DNA of 64,000 nt, taken from the NCBI GenBank assembly GCA_965223325.1, contig CBDCWI010000001.1, positions 1,728,001-1,792,000 of the forward strand. The letters run 5' to 3'. The first letter of the stretch is position 1. Every line of letters begins with the position of its first letter. The notes below the pieces were generated by a model, which was not told the DNA's origin, searched no databases, and saw nothing but the letters and a program-made list of their open reading frames with translations. Position numbers and translations under genes: made by a program. Shown here in pieces: positions 20,164 to 31,339 of this stretch. The stretch is from Candidatus Multivoradales bacterium (GTDB lineage: Bacteria; Acidobacteriota; Thermoanaerobaculia; Multivoradales; Multivoraceae).

Positions 20164-22713
20164 CTACCAGTGAAAGGTGACCGTGCCCCACGCGCGGCGC
20201 CCCAGGAGGTCACCGCCCCACGTCTGCCAGTGCTCTTCGTCGGTGGCGTTGGCGACTGCGGCGTCGATGTCGACGAAGTCACTGACGCGAACGCGCAGGC
20301 CGAGATCGAAGACACCGTAGGAATCGACGAAGCCCACGAAGGGTCCCGACGCGAAGAGATAGTCGTCGACCCAGCGATAGTCGCCGCGCACGTTGAAACG
20401 TTCGCCGCTCCAACCCAGGCCCAGGGTTGCGCGGTTCTCGGGCGCATTGGCCCCGAGATGAGGAACCAGGAGGCGCGCGCGCTCTACGGTTGTGTCCAAC
20501 CATGAGTAGTCGAATCGCAGAAGAAGGCCGGCGCCGAGCTCGAGGTCGACGCCGAGATCGGCACCCTGGACTTCGGTATCGCCGACGTTGCCGTAGGTGA
20601 ACAACGCCATGACCGGCGTGCCGTCGAGTTGCGTGCTCAAGAACTGAAACGACGGCCCGAGGGCGCCCTGCAGCTGCGCGAAAATGCTCCCGCGCACATC
20701 GAGCGGCAGCTCCTCGGGCGGTGAGTACGCCTGGTAGTCCGGATTGATCCGGCCAGCCGTCGTCCCGACATTGGGAATCGGCCCGACGATCAGGTCGTCG
20801 TGCTGGGAGAGGTGGTAGCCCACTTCGATCGTGCCCCGCTCCCCCAGCGGAGACCGCACACCGATCTCCAGCGTGTTGGTCTCTTCGGGATCGAGGTTAC
20901 GGTTGCCGAGAAACAACTGCCTCGTGTCTGGCGACGGATCGGAGGCTGCCTGCTCGCCAGTGATGATCGGATCGAGGTCGAACGCACAGACGACGCCGAA
21001 CAACACACACTGTGGCTCGAGACTGGCGAACTGCAGTGCGGGTGCAATATCGAACTGCATTCCGTACTCGGAGTAGTTCGGGAAGCGGAAGGCGCGGGCG
21101 TAGCCAACGCGGACGCTGCCCGCGGAGCCGAACCCCCAGACCAGCGAGGCGCGCGGCGACCACTCCGGCTTGTGAAACGAGGCGTCGTCGTAGCGCGTGC
21201 CGAGCGAGAGGACAAGGCGGTCCGTCGGGCGCCAGTCGACCGATGCATTGAGGGCGTCGCGTTCTTCGTCGATCGAACGCAGGAGGAGACTGTTCTCACG
21301 GCTGACTCCCTGACGGAAGAACGAGCGCGGTAGCCGTCGCGTCAGGTCGAGGGTTTCATCGGTCGCTACTTCTTCATCGCGATGCATGAAACCCGCGGTG
21401 AAGTGCAGAGAGCGCGACAGGTCCCAGCGCGTTTGCAACTCGAAGCGAAAGGACTCGTCGTCGAGCACGACGTTCTGGCCAGTGGCGAGTGCCGTTTGCT
21501 CGCCGGCATCTCGCGCCCGATAGTCACCGAAAAGATCCCAATGCACACTGGGGCTGAAACCGAAGCGCGCCCACTGGTGCGACGCATCGAGGACTTCGAC
21601 CCGACCGATGTCGGTCAACAGCAGGTGACCGTCGAGCTCGCTGCCACCGGCGGCAAACGTCAAGCCGATGCCGGCCGGGGAGCGATAGTCGAGGCGCAGA
21701 CCCGCGTTTGTCGCCTCTTCCTCCGGTCGACGGAGGCTGGTGGCCTCTGCCGGCAGGCAACCGAGCGACGCCACAATAAAGCCGCTCACTCCTGGGCAGA
21801 GACCATCGCCGTACTCAAACGGGCCATTTCGAGACGACCGGAAGCCCTCGGCGGTTCGGTAGTTACCCTGGAGGCCGATACCAAAGTTCGATGTCAGCAT
21901 CTGCGCCCAGCGCACGCCGCCCTCCGCCGTACCGCCCTCACCGCCACCGACCCGAAACGAGCCGTCGCTCCTGGTGACTGTGCGCGTCTCGAGCGACAGC
22001 AAGCCACCCGGAGCATGGCCGGCGAAAACTGTCGAGCCCGGACCGCGGGTGAAGTCGACCGCTGCCAGGGCCGCCGGTGCAACGGCGACCGCGGGCCACT
22101 CCTGGCCACCGAAGAAGAGCAGCGATGGATCACGCCCGTCGACGCGCACCGCGACGCGCTCGCTTCCGTGCGTTGCCATGCCACGGGTTGAGATCGCGTA
22201 GTCCGAAACCGTCGCCTGCTCGGCCGCACCGCCCGTCAGACCTGCCAGGGCACGCGCTACGGGCCAGCGATCGAAGCGCTCACGACTGTTCGGCGTCACC
22301 GCCGACGCGGCGATCGGTGCATAGCGCAGCGATTCAGTACGCGCGCTCGCCGCGGTCACCGCCAGGGCCGCCGCACGCGGCACCGTGTAGGCGAGGCGGT
22401 GCTCGAAAGGCGTCGTCACCAGCCGTTCAATGACCACGCTGACCGTTTCGCTCCAGTCGCCGATCGAGAGCTCGAGCTGCTGCGAACCAGCGGGCAGCGA
22501 CATGGTGAACCGGCCTTCGCTGTTGGACACGGCTGATGCCCAGTCCTCGAGCGCCGCGACCTGGATGCCCGCGACCGGACGCTCCTCCGCGTCGAGCAAG
22601 AGCCCGTGAACACGCCCATCTTGAGCCAAGAGAAGCGAAGTGGCTGAGAAGGCGAAGACGAGGGCACAACAAAGCACCCGAAAGACGCGTTCGATGGCAG
22701 CGGGAAGGCTCAT
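20164..22713 (-). CDS. TonB-dependent receptor
   Basis: RBS caggag before ATG 22713; signal peptide; plug (STRG..VRVDGR..RGPGS); barrel with WSPRASL, NLDPEE, N.TDEE; ends GTVTFHW. Confidence 0.85.
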   Translation of the reverse strand: MSLPAAIERVFRVLCCALVFAFSATSLLLAQDGRVHGLLLDAEERPVAGIQVAALEDWASAVSNSEGRFTMSLPAGSQQLELSIGDWSETVSVVIERLVTTPFEHRLAYTVPRAAALAVTAASARTESLRYAPIAASAVTPNSRERFDRWPVARALAGLTGGAAEQATVSDYAISTRGMATHGSERVAVRVDGRDPSLLFFGGQEWPAVAVAPAALAAVDFTRGPGSTVFAGHAPGGLLSLETRTVTRSDGSFRVGGGEGGTAEGGVRWAQMLTSNFGIGLQGNYRTAEGFRSSRNGPFEYGDGLCPGVSGFIVASLGCLPAEATSLRRPEEEATNAGLRLDYRSPAGIGLTFAAGGSELDGHLLLTDIGRVEVLDASHQWARFGFSPSVHWDLFGDYRARDAGEQTALATGQNVVLDDESFRFELQTRWDLSRSLHFTAGFMHRDEEVATDETLDLTRRLPRSFFRQGVSRENSLLLRSIDEERDALNASVDWRPTDRLVLSLGTRYDDASFHKPEWSPRASLVWGFGSAGSVRVGYARAFRFPNYSEYGMQFDIAPALQFASLEPQCVLFGVVCAFDLDPIITGEQAASDPSPDTRQLFLGNRNLDPEETNTLEIGVRSPLGERGTIEVGYHLSQHDDLIVGPIPNVGTTAGRINPDYQAYSPPEELPLDVRGSIFAQLQGALGPSFQFLSTQLDGTPVMALFTYGNVGDTEVQGADLGVDLELGAGLLLRFDYSWLDTTVERARLLVPHLGANAPENRATLGLGWSGERFNVRGDYRWVDDYLFASGPFVGFVDSYGVFDLGLRVRVSDFVDIDAAVANATDEEHWQTWGGDLLGRRAWGTVTFHW

Positions 22714-22898
22714 GCTGATCTCCTGGACAACAACTCCGGTAGCCGGAGCGAGGAGTGGTAGGCGCGAAGAGGTGGGGAACGGGAGGCGGGATCGGTGAGG
22801 AAGGGAGCGCCTGAACGGCACTCGTGTGGCGGTGATCATGTGTCCAAGGGCGATCTCAGGTCAAGACTCACCAGATGCTCGACCTCCCATCCAAGGAC

Positions 22899-25301
<2,403 letters not shown>

Positions 25302-25428
25302 CCCCCGATGTTGTCCGGTACCAGAGCGCTTGTAAAGCGCTTCTCGGCCAACCGGCCGACTACGACTCAGCCGCTTGGCGTCGATACCATGCGGAGAGGA
25401 CGCGGAATCGCCGCGACGTCTCGAAGCC

Positions 25429-27108
25429 ATGCCAATCATCTCTGTCACCGCCGGCCCACGTGTCGGAACCACCCTGCACTTCGAGGAAACCGCGGTCCTT
25501 GGCCGCGGCGACGGAGCCGATCTCGATCTTGGTGACCGTTCCGCCTCGCGGCTGCACGCCCGCATCGAGCTCGATGGCCGACGCTTCTATCTCGCCGATT
25601 TGGGGAGTGGAAACGGCAGCTTCCTCAACGGCATTCGGGTCATCGGCCGAGCGCCACTCTCCCATCGGGACATCGTGCGGCTCGGCATGAGCCGCCTGGA
25701 GTTTCTGCTCGAGGGCGAGAACCCGCTTCAGGCATCGTCTTCGGCAGTGGCGCTCGTCGACAGCGAGTTGAAGCTCGAACGCTCGCGCTCGTTCGCCCTC
25801 TCGAGTCTCGAAATCGCGCGCCAGATCGGCGGCGATGACCAGTCTGGCGAGGAGGTGACCGCCGGTGGCCTCCATCAGCGCCTCGAACTGCTGCACGACC
25901 TCAGCGCCATCACCACCGAAACGTTGGACCTCCACCGAGTGCTCTCGCGCTCGCTCGAGATCCTGTTCAACAGCTTCAGCACCGTCGATCGCGGCTTCGT
26001 AGTGCGCTACGACGCCCCCACGGGTGAGTTCACCCCGGTTGTCGCTCGCACCCGTGACGGTGAAGCGATCGAGATCCCGGCCAGCCTCACCCTCTTGCGC
26101 GCCGCAGTCACCGCCAGTGAAGTTCTCTTGTGTGCCGACGCCAAACAGGACCAGCGCTACGCCGAGGCGGTCTCGATGCACGAGATCAACCTCCGATCGG
26201 TGGTCTGCGTTCCGCTGGTGATCGAGAATCGCACCTACGGCGTGCTGCAGCTCGACAGCACGAGCGCGCCCTGGGCAGTCACCGACCAGGACCTGGCCAC
26301 CCTCGCCAGCGCCGGCGCCAGCATCGCTCACGCGATGGCCAACGCCGAGCTGCATCGGCGGCTCACCGAGCGCGAGGTCGAGCGACACGACCTCGAGCTC
26401 GCCCGCTCGATCCAGCAACGCTTCCTTCCCACCGCGCCACCTGAGATCAAAGGCTGGGAGTTCGCCGCCGCCTATCAACCCGCGCAAGCGGTCGGCGGTG
26501 ATCTCTACTCCTTCGTCGACTTGGCCGACGGGAAGCTGGGCATCGCACTGGGTGACGTTTCTGGGAAGGGCATCCCGGCCGCGCTCATGATGGCGCGCAT
26601 GATGAGCGATCTGCGTTACCTTTCGGTGCGCTCGGACGACCCGTCGGCAGTCCTCTCGATGCTCAATTCTGAGCTCGCCCAGCGCGGCGGCGACGGTCTC
26701 TTCATGACCATGCTCTACATGGTGCTCGACCTCCAGAAGGGACTGTTGACAATCGCCAACGCCGGCCACATGGACCCGATCGTGCGACGAGCCCATGGTG
26801 CGGTGGCCGACCTCGAGACGTCGAGGGGCCCGGCGCTCGGCCTCGACGAGTTCGCCAGCTACCCACCGGCCCGCGCACACCTCGATCGGGGAGACACAGT
26901 CCTCTTCTACTCCGACGGGCTCACCGAAGCGGCAGGGCACCAGAGTGGCGAGCGCTTCGGCCTCGGTCGACTCTGTCGAGCGCTCTTGGCGAGTGAACCG
27001 AGCGCCAGTCAGCTGGTCGACTCGGTTCTCGGCCAGGTGGCACAGTTCGCCGCCGACGACCGCCCGCAAGACGATCTGACCGCGGTCGCGGTCTCACGTT
27101 CCCCTTGA
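25429..27108 (+). CDS. FHA-GAF-SpoIIE (PP2C-type, RsbU-like) phosphatase
   Basis: FHA (LGRG..SRLHARI..GSGNGSFLNG); GAF (SVVCVPL); PP2C motifs VGGDLY, GDVSGKG, NAGH, YSDGLTEA, QDDLT. Confidence 0.92.
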   Translation: MPIISVTAGPRVGTTLHFEETAVLGRGDGADLDLGDRSASRLHARIELDGRRFYLADLGSGNGSFLNGIRVIGRAPLSHRDIVRLGMSRLEFLLEGENPLQASSSAVALVDSELKLERSRSFALSSLEIARQIGGDDQSGEEVTAGGLHQRLELLHDLSAITTETLDLHRVLSRSLEILFNSFSTVDRGFVVRYDAPTGEFTPVVARTRDGEAIEIPASLTLLRAAVTASEVLLCADAKQDQRYAEAVSMHEINLRSVVCVPLVIENRTYGVLQLDSTSAPWAVTDQDLATLASAGASIAHAMANAELHRRLTEREVERHDLELARSIQQRFLPTAPPEIKGWEFAAAYQPAQAVGGDLYSFVDLADGKLGIALGDVSGKGIPAALMMARMMSDLRYLSVRSDDPSAVLSMLNSELAQRGGDGLFMTMLYMVLDLQKGLLTIANAGHMDPIVRRAHGAVADLETSRGPALGLDEFASYPPARAHLDRGDTVLFYSDGLTEAAGHQSGERFGLGRLCRALLASEPSASQLVDSVLGQVAQFAADDRPQDDLTAVAVSRSP

Positions 27109-27115
27109 AGGGAGC

Positions 27116-27619
27116 TCAGGCCGACGCCTCGCCGCCGCTCAGGAGCTCAGCCGCTAACGCCACCCGCCGGTCGTCACGCATCGCCGGCGACGCCCCGGTT
27201 GCCGACGCTCTATCCGACTCGCCTTCGAGCAGGCCTCGAATCAGGTCACAAATCGCGGCGACCCGGTGACGCTCTTTGAGCTCGCGCAGCGCATCGGCGC
27301 GCGACTTGCGGATATCGAAGAGCCGCTTCATGCCCGCAATCTCGAACACCTGCTCGACGTCCCGGTTGGGCGCACAGACAATCATGTGACCACCCTCAGC
27401 CGACAGTCGGCGCGTTACCATCACCAGCACCCGCAGACCGGCACTCGAGATGTAGTCGAGGCCGGCCAGGTCGAGCAGCAGCTCACGACGGTCATCCTCG
27501 AGCTCGGCATTGAGGACCCGCGACAACTCGTCGCTCGAACGCGAATCGAGCTCACCAGCCAGGACCACCAGACGGACGTTCTGCACGTCGCGCACCTCGG
27601 TGTTGAACGACTGAGACAC
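27116..27619 (-). CDS. STAS-domain anti-sigma-factor antagonist with C-terminal extension
   Basis: LAGELD, LLDLAGLDYISSAGLRVL (phospho-acceptor Ser), VFEIAG. GTG start just after the upstream stop. Confidence 0.88.
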   Translation of the reverse strand: MSQSFNTEVRDVQNVRLVVLAGELDSRSSDELSRVLNAELEDDRRELLLDLAGLDYISSAGLRVLVMVTRRLSAEGGHMIVCAPNRDVEQVFEIAGMKRLFDIRKSRADALRELKERHRVAAICDLIRGLLEGESDRASATGASPAMRDDRRVALAAELLSGGEASA

Positions 27620-27624
27620 CTGGT

Positions 27625-28425
27625 TCAGCCCGGAGTCGTCTGCTTGAAGACCAGATCGACGATCCCGCAGCGCAGGCGAGCACCGTCCTCGAGAGGGTGA
27701 TCGGCGCCTGCGGCGAGCCTCTCGCTGCCCAGGAAAGTGCCATTGGACACACCGGGCTCCTCGCACAGGTAGAACCGATCAGACTTCCAGTGAATGCGCG
27801 CGTGCCGGCGCGACAAAGACCGGCCGGAGTCGATCTCGGTGAGGTCGATCTCGGGCGAGGTCCCGCTCGTCGAGTCGTAACGCCCGATGATCGCGACCTG
27901 CTGGGGTGAAAGCGGGAACTGAGTGCCGCTCGCCTCGTGCACCAACACCGCCGAGGCTGCTGTCGCTCCTGGAAGGGGTGGCGGCTGTGGGCCGTCGCCG
28001 GCGACTGGCGTCTCGAGCTCGGCGCCGGTTCGCAACGGTGCAGCCGCGATTTCGTCTGCCCGTGCCTGCGCAGCTTCGTGCTGATAGAGGCGCCGCGAGA
28101 GCTTGCGGAGCATCCGAATCAGAAGTTCGGGCTCCTGGCGCAAGATCCCAGCGAAAGTGGCCGCATCGATCGGCAGGAGCTGACAGTTCGCCCCGGCCAC
28201 TGCCGTCGCACGCCGTGGGGTGCCCTCGAGCAGCGACATCTCGCCAAAGAAGTCACCCTTTTCGATCACCCCGAGGTCTCGTTCGGCGTTGCCAAAGCGT
28301 CGCACCATGCGCACCGTTCCGGAGGCGACGATGAACATGTCCCTGCCCTCGGAGCCCTGGTCGTAGACCGTCGTGCCCTCTCTGAATGCGACCAGCAGGT
28401 CGCTACTTTCTGATTGCGAACTCAC
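27625..28425 (-). CDS. cNMP-binding + FHA domain protein
   Basis: GDFFGEMSLL..PRRATA phosphate-binding cassette; C-terminal FHA (IGRYD..SRRHARI..SNGTFL). Start uncertain. Confidence 0.85.
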   Translation of the reverse strand: MSSQSESSDLLVAFREGTTVYDQGSEGRDMFIVASGTVRMVRRFGNAERDLGVIEKGDFFGEMSLLEGTPRRATAVAGANCQLLPIDAATFAGILRQEPELLIRMLRKLSRRLYQHEAAQARADEIAAAPLRTGAELETPVAGDGPQPPPLPGATAASAVLVHEASGTQFPLSPQQVAIIGRYDSTSGTSPEIDLTEIDSGRSLSRRHARIHWKSDRFYLCEEPGVSNGTFLGSERLAAGADHPLEDGARLRCGIVDLVFKQTTPG

Positions 28426-28613
28426 GTTGCCGCCTGCCGGGCCTTCGATGGTTGAGTCTGTGGGCTTGTGCTCGATTGGGGCGGCAGTATAGCCGCGCCT
28501 TCGACCGGGCTCCTGCGTCATCGAATCGAGCCAGGGTCGGTGGCATTCCCAGGGATATTTCAGGTTGCGTTTCGGCGTCTTTGTAGGTATCTTCGGAGAT
28601 CCGATTCGCTGGG

Positions 28614-29981
28614 TTGCGCTTTCTTTGCATGATGCCTGAGGAGCAGCGTTCGAAACCGGAAGCTCTCTGGCCTTTCGTCCTCCGAGGAGGCACAACGCAA
28701 CCTCACCGCCGGCCTTTTCGGGACCGCTACCTTCACCTTCACTTGGGGACCACGCGCCCCGAACCTTTGACTTTGACCACCCCAGGCAACAAACCCAGCA
28801 GGCCGAAGACTGGTCCGACATGGCTGGCGCCCTCCGACGGAGCCCTGCGAACCGACACCAAGCTGTCTCCAGTCGCCCGACGGATTCGCGAAGCGTCGAT
28901 CAAACAGTGGGGTGAGGAGAGCGCTGTCGAAATCGTCGGGCGCTCGCAGTCGATGGTGTCGCTCCTGGAGCGCCTCGAGAAGATGGCTCCGTTTGACGAA
29001 CCAGTCCTGATTCTCGGTGAGAGCGGTGTCGGCAAGGAAGCTCTCTCGCAATCCATCTATTTGCTCGGCGAACGCACGGCAAAGCCCCTCGTCCCGGTGA
29101 ACTGCCCGCAGTACCAGGAAGGCAATCTGACCGTCAGCGAGCTCTTCGGGCACAAGAAGGGCAGCTTCACCGGCGCCGCCAGCGATCGCAAGGGCTGCTT
29201 CGAGACCGCCGACGGTGGCATCGTTTTCCTCGACGAGGTCGCCGACCTGCACATGAGCGCCCAGGTGATGTTGCTGCGCGCGCTTGCGAGCGGCGAGTTC
29301 CAGCCACTCGGCTCAGACCAGACCAAACGAGTCGACGTGCGGGTCATCGCCGCAACCAACCGCTCTCTCAACCAGCTGGCCGAGAACCGCGAGTTCCGGC
29401 GTGACCTGATTTTCAGGCTGCGCTACTTCCAGATTCACGTTCCGCCCCTACGCGAACGCGACGGCGACTGGCTCCTGTTGCTCGATCACTTCTTATTGAA
29501 CATGCACCAACGCTACGGCGTCCAGAAGCGCTTCTCCGATGCGTCGCTGCAACTGCTCGAGACCTATCCGTGGCCGGGCAACGTACGCGAGCTGATTACC
29601 GTCACCACGATGGGCTACGCCCTGGCCGAAAGGGACGTCATCGAGCCCCGCGACTTCCTCGCTCAGCTCGAGGAAGAGCGGCAACCCGAAACTCCCGACG
29701 AAAAACTCGCCACGAGCGACGAAGGGCTCGATTCGCTCTATCGCTCGCTGACCTCGAGCGATGGCAACTTCTGGGAGCTGCTCCAGGAGCCGTTCCTCGA
29801 GCGCGACCTCAATCGCCGGCAGGTCCGTCGTCTCGTCGGTCGCGGCCTGCGCGAGACCAACGGCAGCTACCGCGATCTCTGCGCGGTGTGGAACATCCAG
29901 CCCCAGCGCTACCAGAAGTTCATGGATTTCTTGAGGCATCACCGACTCAAGCCCAAGTCGTACCAGGACACAGACCTCTGA
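28614..29981 (+). CDS. Sigma-54-dependent activator (bEBP) without a recognisable N-terminal sensory domain; true start probably further downstream
   Basis: IVGRS, Walker A GESGVGKE, SELFGHKKGSFTGA, FLDEV, RVIAATNR, FRRDLIFRL, WPGNVREL. Confidence 0.9.
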   Translation: MRFLCMMPEEQRSKPEALWPFVLRGGTTQPHRRPFRDRYLHLHLGTTRPEPLTLTTPGNKPSRPKTGPTWLAPSDGALRTDTKLSPVARRIREASIKQWGEESAVEIVGRSQSMVSLLERLEKMAPFDEPVLILGESGVGKEALSQSIYLLGERTAKPLVPVNCPQYQEGNLTVSELFGHKKGSFTGAASDRKGCFETADGGIVFLDEVADLHMSAQVMLLRALASGEFQPLGSDQTKRVDVRVIAATNRSLNQLAENREFRRDLIFRLRYFQIHVPPLRERDGDWLLLLDHFLLNMHQRYGVQKRFSDASLQLLETYPWPGNVRELITVTTMGYALAERDVIEPRDFLAQLEEERQPETPDEKLATSDEGLDSLYRSLTSSDGNFWELLQEPFLERDLNRRQVRRLVGRGLRETNGSYRDLCAVWNIQPQRYQKFMDFLRHHRLKPKSYQDTDL

Positions 29982-30030
29982 TTGCCTACGATGCAAAGGG
30001 CGCACAACGGCCCTCATGTTCTGGAGGCAG

Positions 30031-30048
30031 CGCTCCATCGATGGAGCG
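30031..30048. promoter_or_regulatory. Perfect 18-bp palindrome, candidate activator-binding (UAS) site
   Basis: CGCTCCATCGATGGAGCG, about 125 bp upstream of the -24 element. Confidence 0.4.
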
Positions 30049-30168
30049 ACCGCTCTTTACCGCCCACAACGTTGGCGCCCTCAGGCGGTTGCCAAGCAAC
30101 CAATGCCCTACGGATCAAGTGCCCTGTTTAAAGCACCTTGCAGTCTGCGACGCAACGATCGGGAGTAG

Positions 30169-30185
30169 TTGGCACAGGCTGTGCT
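30169..30185 (+). promoter_or_regulatory. Sigma-54 (-24/-12) promoter of the precursor operon
   Basis: TTGGCACAGGCTGTGCT with GG-N10-GC spacing, about 70 nt before the first precursor and directly downstream of a bEBP gene. Confidence 0.78.
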
Positions 30186-30257
30186 CTCTAGCTGACTGAT
30201 CGTCAACCCCTCTCTCGGCCTGCAACAGGCCATCAATAAACCCAAGGAGATTCAGCA

Positions 30258-30590
30258 ATGGAAATGACCCGAGGCGAAATGCAGGACCTGCTCGGCAAGT
30301 TCGCAGCCGAAAGCAACACCTACCGTGACCGACTCAAGAACGACCCCAAAGAGGTCATTCAGCGCCAGTTCGGCATCGACGTGCCGGGTGCCGTGAACAT
30401 CAAAGTCGTCGAAGAGTCGGCCGACACCGTCTACGTCGTGCTCCCGCACACCGTCGAGCAGGGCGATGAGCTCTCTGACGCCGATCTCGAGGCGGTCGCT
30501 GGCGGCCACTCGATCATCAAAGACGCCAACTGCCAGGACTCGGACGGCGCCCTCAACACCGTCAACAACTTCGAGGCCTCCCTGGTCTAG
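30258..30590 (+). CDS. NHLP-leader RiPP precursor 1; core HSIIKDANCQDSDGALNTVNNFEASLV
   Basis: NHLP leader (YRDRLKNDPKEVI..GIDVP..IKVVEES..YVVLP), ELSDADLEAVAGG double-Gly site, RBS aaggag. Confidence 0.93.
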   Translation: MEMTRGEMQDLLGKFAAESNTYRDRLKNDPKEVIQRQFGIDVPGAVNIKVVEESADTVYVVLPHTVEQGDELSDADLEAVAGGHSIIKDANCQDSDGALNTVNNFEASLV

Positions 30591-30850
30591 AAGCTGCCCG
30601 GACCTCTCGAGGTCCAAGGTGGCGGCGGCCTCTCTGGCGCCGCCACCGAGCGCCTCCGTCACCCGGGGGCGTCCAGGGTGAACCGGGTTGCCCACCTGCG
30701 GCAGCCCGGTCTCACCACCTCCCCTCCCCTCCTCTCTCTTTCCGCCCATTCACTTGTGTTCTAGATGCTGCTGTCCACCAGATAGCGCTCCGGTTTCGAG
30801 TTGTTCGAAGCCGACAGCGCCCCCCACCCAACCAATGGAGGAGATCCACC

Positions 30851-31183
30851 ATGGAAATGACCCGAGGCGAGATGCAAGACCTGCTTGGCAAGTTCGCAGC
30901 CGAAAGCAACAGCTACCGTGAGAAACTGAAGAACGATCCGCGCGAAGTCATCCAGCGCCAGTTCGGAATCGACGTTCCCGGCAGCATGAACATCAAGGTC
31001 CTCGAAGAATCGGCCGACACCGCGTACGTTGTGCTTCCCCACATCGTCGAGCAAGGTGACGAGCTCTCCGACGCCGACCTCGAAGCGGTCGCCGGCGGCC
31101 ACTCGATCATCAAAGAGGCCAACTGCCAGGACTCTGACGGTGCCCTCAACACGGTCAACAACTTCGAGATGTCGCTGGTCTAG
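30851..31183 (+). CDS. NHLP-leader RiPP precursor 2; core HSIIKEANCQDSDGALNTVNNFEMSLV
   Basis: 99/110 aa identical to precursor 1; RBS ggaggag. Confidence 0.93.
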   Translation: MEMTRGEMQDLLGKFAAESNSYREKLKNDPREVIQRQFGIDVPGSMNIKVLEESADTAYVVLPHIVEQGDELSDADLEAVAGGHSIIKEANCQDSDGALNTVNNFEMSLV

Positions 31184-31207
31184 AGCCAGGGACCTCTTTC
31201 GAGATCC

Positions 31208-31252
31208 AACAAGAGCGGGAGCGCCACCTCTGGCGTTCCCGCCTCTTGTTTT
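31208..31252 (+). terminator. Strong hairpin/terminator between the precursors and lanM
   Basis: AACAAGAG-CGGGAGCGCCA / TGGCGTTCCCG-C-CTCTTGTT stem ending in a T run. Confidence 0.7.
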
Positions 31253-31339
31253 CTCGGGCGACACGCAACGTCGTCGCCCGAACCAACCATCGCTTGACAG
31301 CCCGGTCACCGCTTGAACCCTCCACCGTTCGGAGAAGGA

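Noticed and set aside
25360-27069. 569-aa minus-strand ORF and other long antisense ORFs (e.g. 34549-36057, 32968-34440, 39915-41357, 4269-5468)
   Set aside because: They lie opposite well-supported genes, lack motifs, and are expected shadows in high-GC DNA.
30258-31183. Nitrile hydratase alpha subunits
   Set aside because: The metal-binding CxxCSC motif is absent; a double-Gly leader and RiPP context are present.
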